A DNA stretch of 23,084 bases, the filler included, from Barthelona sp. PAP020 (taxonomy: Eukaryota): NCBI GenBank assembly GCA_040182905.1. It is 20 parts of 20 records of this genome, joined end to end, with 100 filler letters (N's around TTAATTAATTAA, not from the genome) between each part and the next. Parts side by side here need not be neighbours in the genome. Positions count along the whole stretch, not along the records: positions 19,833 to 20,854 come from JARQWU010001033.1; positions 20,955 to 21,974 come from JARQWU010001034.1; positions 22,075 to 23,084 come from JARQWU010001035.1; 17 more parts are not named here. One strand, given 5' to 3'. A program made the position numbers and the translations under genes. The notes beneath the pieces are model-generated. The model ran no database searches, was not told the DNA's origin, and saw only the letters and a program-made list of their open reading frames with translations. Of the stretch, positions 19,833 to 23,084 are shown piece after piece (position 1 is the first letter of the stretch; every line of letters starts with the position of its first letter).

Positions 19833-19949
19833 ATCAGGAGGAATACCTTCTTTGTCTTGAATTTTTCTCTTAACAGAATCAATAGAATCAGTAGGTTCAA
19901 CTTCAAGAGCAATAGTTTTGTTGGTAAGGGTTTTAACAAAGATTTGCAT
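19833..19949 (-). CDS. Ubiquitin (divergent), first 39 codons
   Basis: [39 protein letters not shown]. Confidence 0.93.
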
Positions 19950-20554
19950 ATTATACAATAATAAAAAATACAATTGAAAAAAAAAATCGGTGATGAAAAG
20001 TGACAAATTTGGGTTCGCACTAAGGTTCCTTTTTTTTTTTTTTAAATTGTTTGTTATCTCAATTTATCTGTTCATATATCTATTTATCCAATAAATTATA
20101 ATATTTTTCAATGAATTAAGTTGTTGGTACTGTATTTTTTGATGATTGCTTTCTTCAAATTCTCTCTTTTGCAAAGAACTTTCAATTGATGTGAAATATT
20201 TTATTGAAATTCTGTGCTTTAACAGGAATAAGTAAAACGAAAATAATTTATTCATTTTTATTCCTTCATCAAAAAATTTAGTAAATTAACAAATAATATT
20301 AATGCAAATTCAAAAAAATATAATGTCAAACAAAAATCTGCAGACATTATGTAATAGCAAGCATAAATTTTTGTAGAGACTTTTCCAAAGAAAGAATTTT
20401 CACCACCTTTAATTAAAAAAAAAAAAATAGCTTCATCCTTCTCTCGTACAACCATTCTTATCAGTGTTGTTTGACAGCGAGAAATAATAGGTTTTTACAA
20501 GTGAATAACCACCAAAAAAATGTCTAAACCAGCTTTTCCTGAAGATTTACTCCA

Positions 20555-20766
20555 AGCAAATGGGGAAGGATTTCACATAAAAGACAATATAAATGAATTT
20601 CTGGTATTAGTTGGTATCAAAATAAAAGCTCAAGTAGTAAAATGGAATTGTAAGAATTCTAAAATCAAGGATATAAGTAAATAAAACGGGTTAAGAAAGA
20701 ATATCAAAGTTTTTCAAAGAGAACATGAGTGGAAACATTTAAAGTGAATATAGGGGGTGAAGGAAA
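20555..20766 (-). mobile_element. C-family element body, interrupted by repeat D
   Basis: GGATTTCACATAAAAGACAATATAAATG...AAAAGCTCAAGTA...AAAGAATATCAAAGT...ACATTTAAAGTGAAT aligns with 7785-8010. Confidence 0.75.
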
Positions 20767-20854
20767 TTTGTGAAGCGCAGCGGGCATTTCATAAGAGAGC
20801 AACAACAAGAAAATGTTTGGATGCGTTTGTGTGAGTCAAGCAAAACCCACAATA
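20767..20854 (+). repeat. Terminus of young repeat 'D' (copy 2)
   Basis: TTTGTGAAGCGCAGCGGGCATTTC...; identical to the reverse complement of 18725-18812. Confidence 0.85.
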
Positions 20855-20954
20855 NNNNNNNNNNNNNNNNNNNNNNNNNNNNNNNNNNNNNNNNNNNNTT
20901 AATTAATTAANNNNNNNNNNNNNNNNNNNNNNNNNNNNNNNNNNNNNNNNNNNN

Positions 20955-21060
20955 ATTTAAAATTTTCTTTCTTGTGGGATTATTAGCTTTATATGCAGGA
21001 GTATTTTGGTTAGTTCTTCCTTTGCGTCTTCTTTCGGTGAAATTTTTGTTGTTGCCAAAT
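20955..21060 (-). repeat. Terminus of young repeat 'E' (copy 2), abutting a TTCAC stack
   Basis: 105/106 identical to the reverse complement of 19625-19730. Confidence 0.85.
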
Positions 21061-21064
21061 AAAT

Positions 21065-21423
21065 TTCACTTGACAAAATTCACGTTAGACGAAAGGGCAA
21101 AATTAAAGGCTTCACACGACAATAATAATAAATGTTTATAAAGATCTTTATTGTCCTCGCTTAGAGTTTGGGGGTACTTGCAACTGAGTCGTTTTGCGTG
21201 GATGATTCAGAACACTCTAAAAAAAAAAAGAAATACTTTAGGTGTGGATGGGGCAGGTATTTAAATAAAAGTTTATTAATCTTTTCCTTCTTACCAATAG
21301 CTTTTGATTCTTCTTCCAAGGGTTTTCCTTGATAAAACCTTGTAATTCCTTGCTAACCAATTAGATTTCTATCAATAACAGAAATTGCAAGAAGAAACCT
21401 CAAACACGTTTATGTTGTCGTTT
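21065..21423 (+). mobile_element. Stack of three TTCAC units (14-nt C-type stub, 32-nt A unit, long C unit)
   Basis: TTCAC at 21065, 21079 and 21111. The A unit is identical to the start of the minus-strand copy at 15417. The C unit is nearly identical to 8073-8181 (-). Confidence 0.8.
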
Positions 21424-21750
21424 GGGAGAAATTATTCCTCCTTGCTATCAAAACTTCAGATGTAATTTGGGCAATTATATCATTATCTCATTGTTTGACA
21501 TTGATATATTTGTGATATCAAGAATAGTTGGTATCTTTCTTTCTTATTCCATATATTTGGAGAACAATAAATTTGTAATAAGTTGGACCCCATCATTTAA
21601 ACCTTGTAATGAAAAACAAAAAAATCAAAAAATTATTGCACATAAACTGAATGCAAAAAAAAAACATGACCTCAACAATTTCACATTTATAACACAAAAA
21701 AGAAAAACAACGTCTCCAAGACAATGTTTCTCTTAAAAGATGATTTGCAA

Positions 21751-21972
21751 TCATTTCGATCTGACAGCATTCCTTAAATTGTAAATTTCAGATTTCAAAA
21801 TGTTCTCAGACTGTTCATATTGAATATCTCTTTCGTTAATAGCTCTTGAAAGATCATTAATATCCTTCTTATAATCATTTTCCTTTTGTTTGAAGGTTCT
21901 TTCCATTGTTTTATATCTTTTGGCCATCACTTCAATTCTGTTAGTTAAAATTTCAATATTGTCATCTTTTTC
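21751..21972 (-). CDS. C-terminal fragment of a coiled-coil protein
   Basis: Manual translation EKDDNIEILTNRIEVMAKRYKTMERTFKQKENDYKKDINDLSRAINERDIQYEQSENILKSEIYNLRNAVRSK*; heptad-like and open from the contig end. Confidence 0.7.
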   Translation of the reverse strand, partial: EKDDNIEILTNRIEVMAKRYKTMERTFKQKENDYKKDINDLSRAINERDIQYEQSENILKSEIYNLRNAVRSK

Positions 21973-22081
21973 TTNNNNNNNNNNNNNNNNNNNNNNNNNN
22001 NNNNNNNNNNNNNNNNNNTTAATTAATTAANNNNNNNNNNNNNNNNNNNNNNNNNNNNNNNNNNNNNNNNNNNNAAACACA

Positions 22082-23083
22082 TTACAAATGCAATAAATAC
22101 TTGGGAGTTGCTGAAAATTTGGCATATCCTTTCACAACTTTATTAATAGCATCCAAGAAATCCTTTTCAGTTACTACTTTTCTTCTGGCTCTTATAGCAT
22201 ACATTCCAGCTTCTGTACAAACAGATCTTATATCAGCACCAGTAGTATTCGTACATAATCTTGCTAAAAGATCAAAACGAATGCCCTTTTCAATAGCCAT
22301 GTTGCTGGTGTGTATCTTAAATATGTGTGCTCTTCCTTCTAAATCAGGTAAACCAAATTCAACTTTTCTATCAAGTCTACCAGGTCTTAATAAAGCAGGG
22401 TCTAATGTGTCAGGACGATTTGTGGCCATGATAACCTTCACATTACCTCTGGTTTCAAATCCATCAAGTTGATTCAACAATTCAAGCATGGTTCTTTGGA
22501 CTTCATTATCGCCAAACTCTGAATCTCCAAAACGAGTCCCACCAAATGCATCAACTTCATCAAAAAATATCACACACGCTGGCTTTGTTCGAGCAAGCTT
22601 AAACAGTTCACGAATCATCCTAGCACCTTGTCCAACATATCTTTGGAGCAATTCAGATCCAATAACGCGAATAAATGAAGCTTCAGTTGCGTTGGCAACT
22701 GCCCTGGCAATAAGCGTCTTTCCAACACCAGGAGGACCATAGAGAAGAACACCTTTAGGTGGATCAATTCCCAAACGTGTAAAATGCTCAGGATGCAACA
22801 ATGGACGTTCAATAACTTCACGTAATAGTTCTATTTGTTCCGAAACACCACCAACATCATTATATGTAACATCAGGACGATCTTCAACTTGCATTGCAGA
22901 AACAGAAGGATCGATCTTGGGAGGCAATGGTAATTTAATCGCTAATTTCTGTCTATCAACACCAACTCTCATATCTTCTTGTATATCTTCTTCCTTTGTG
23001 TTATTGGCAAGTCCTGTTAAAAATTTTTGATGCTGGACATTTATTACATACATTTTGGAATCTGATGGATCATCTGGTTCAAG
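22082..23083 (-). CDS. PSMC2: 26S proteasome AAA-ATPase Rpt1, 5'-truncated
   Basis: [29 protein letters not shown], Walker A GPPGVGKT, Walker [21 protein letters not shown]-terminal FSATPKY. Confidence 0.96.
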   Translation of the reverse strand, partial: LEPDDPSDSKMYVINVQHQKFLTGLANNTKEEDIQEDMRVGVDRQKLAIKLPLPPKIDPSVSAMQVEDRPDVTYNDVGGVSEQIELLREVIERPLLHPEHFTRLGIDPPKGVLLYGPPGVGKTLIARAVANATEASFIRVIGSELLQRYVGQGARMIRELFKLARTKPACVIFFDEVDAFGGTRFGDSEFGDNEVQRTMLELLNQLDGFETRGNVKVIMATNRPDTLDPALLRPGRLDRKVEFGLPDLEGRAHIFKIHTSNMAIEKGIRFDLLARLCTNTTGADIRSVCTEAGMYAIRARRKVVTEKDFLDAINKVVKGYAKFSATPKYLLHL

Positions 23084-23084
23084 T

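Noticed and set aside
21422..21736. 104-aa ORF after the C element as the element's enzyme
   Set aside because: TTG start, low complexity, and no RT (YxDD), endonuclease, integrase or recombinase motif.

Overview
This window is not one locus. It holds 20 unrelated contigs of about 1.0-1.1 kb, sorted by decreasing length and joined by an artificial 100-nt linker (44 N + TTAATTAATTAA + 44 N). They come from an AT-rich, gene-dense, intron-poor microbial eukaryote using the standard code. Recognisable genes, mostly truncated by contig ends, are kinesin-13, Noc4, a PGM/PMM, thymidylate kinase, Mak16, proteasome alpha5 and Rpt1, INO1 (with a 34-nt intron), a divergent ubiquitin, WD40 proteins, an atypical kinase and an expanded ankyrin family with a shared unnamed C-terminal module. 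The most striking signal is non-coding. All three tRNA genes (Lys-TTT, Leu-AAG, Arg-ACG), each on a different contig, carry the identical 12-mer AGGATCGAGTCT, a B-box match, exactly 27 nt after the discriminator base. In all three it is followed, in the same orientation, by head-to-tail stacks of related elements that each start at TTCAC. This suggests a tRNA-gene-targeted mobile element system, analogous to the Dictyostelium ex-B box and TRE3 elements. No reverse transcriptase, integrase or transposase is visible here, so the mechanism is inference only.
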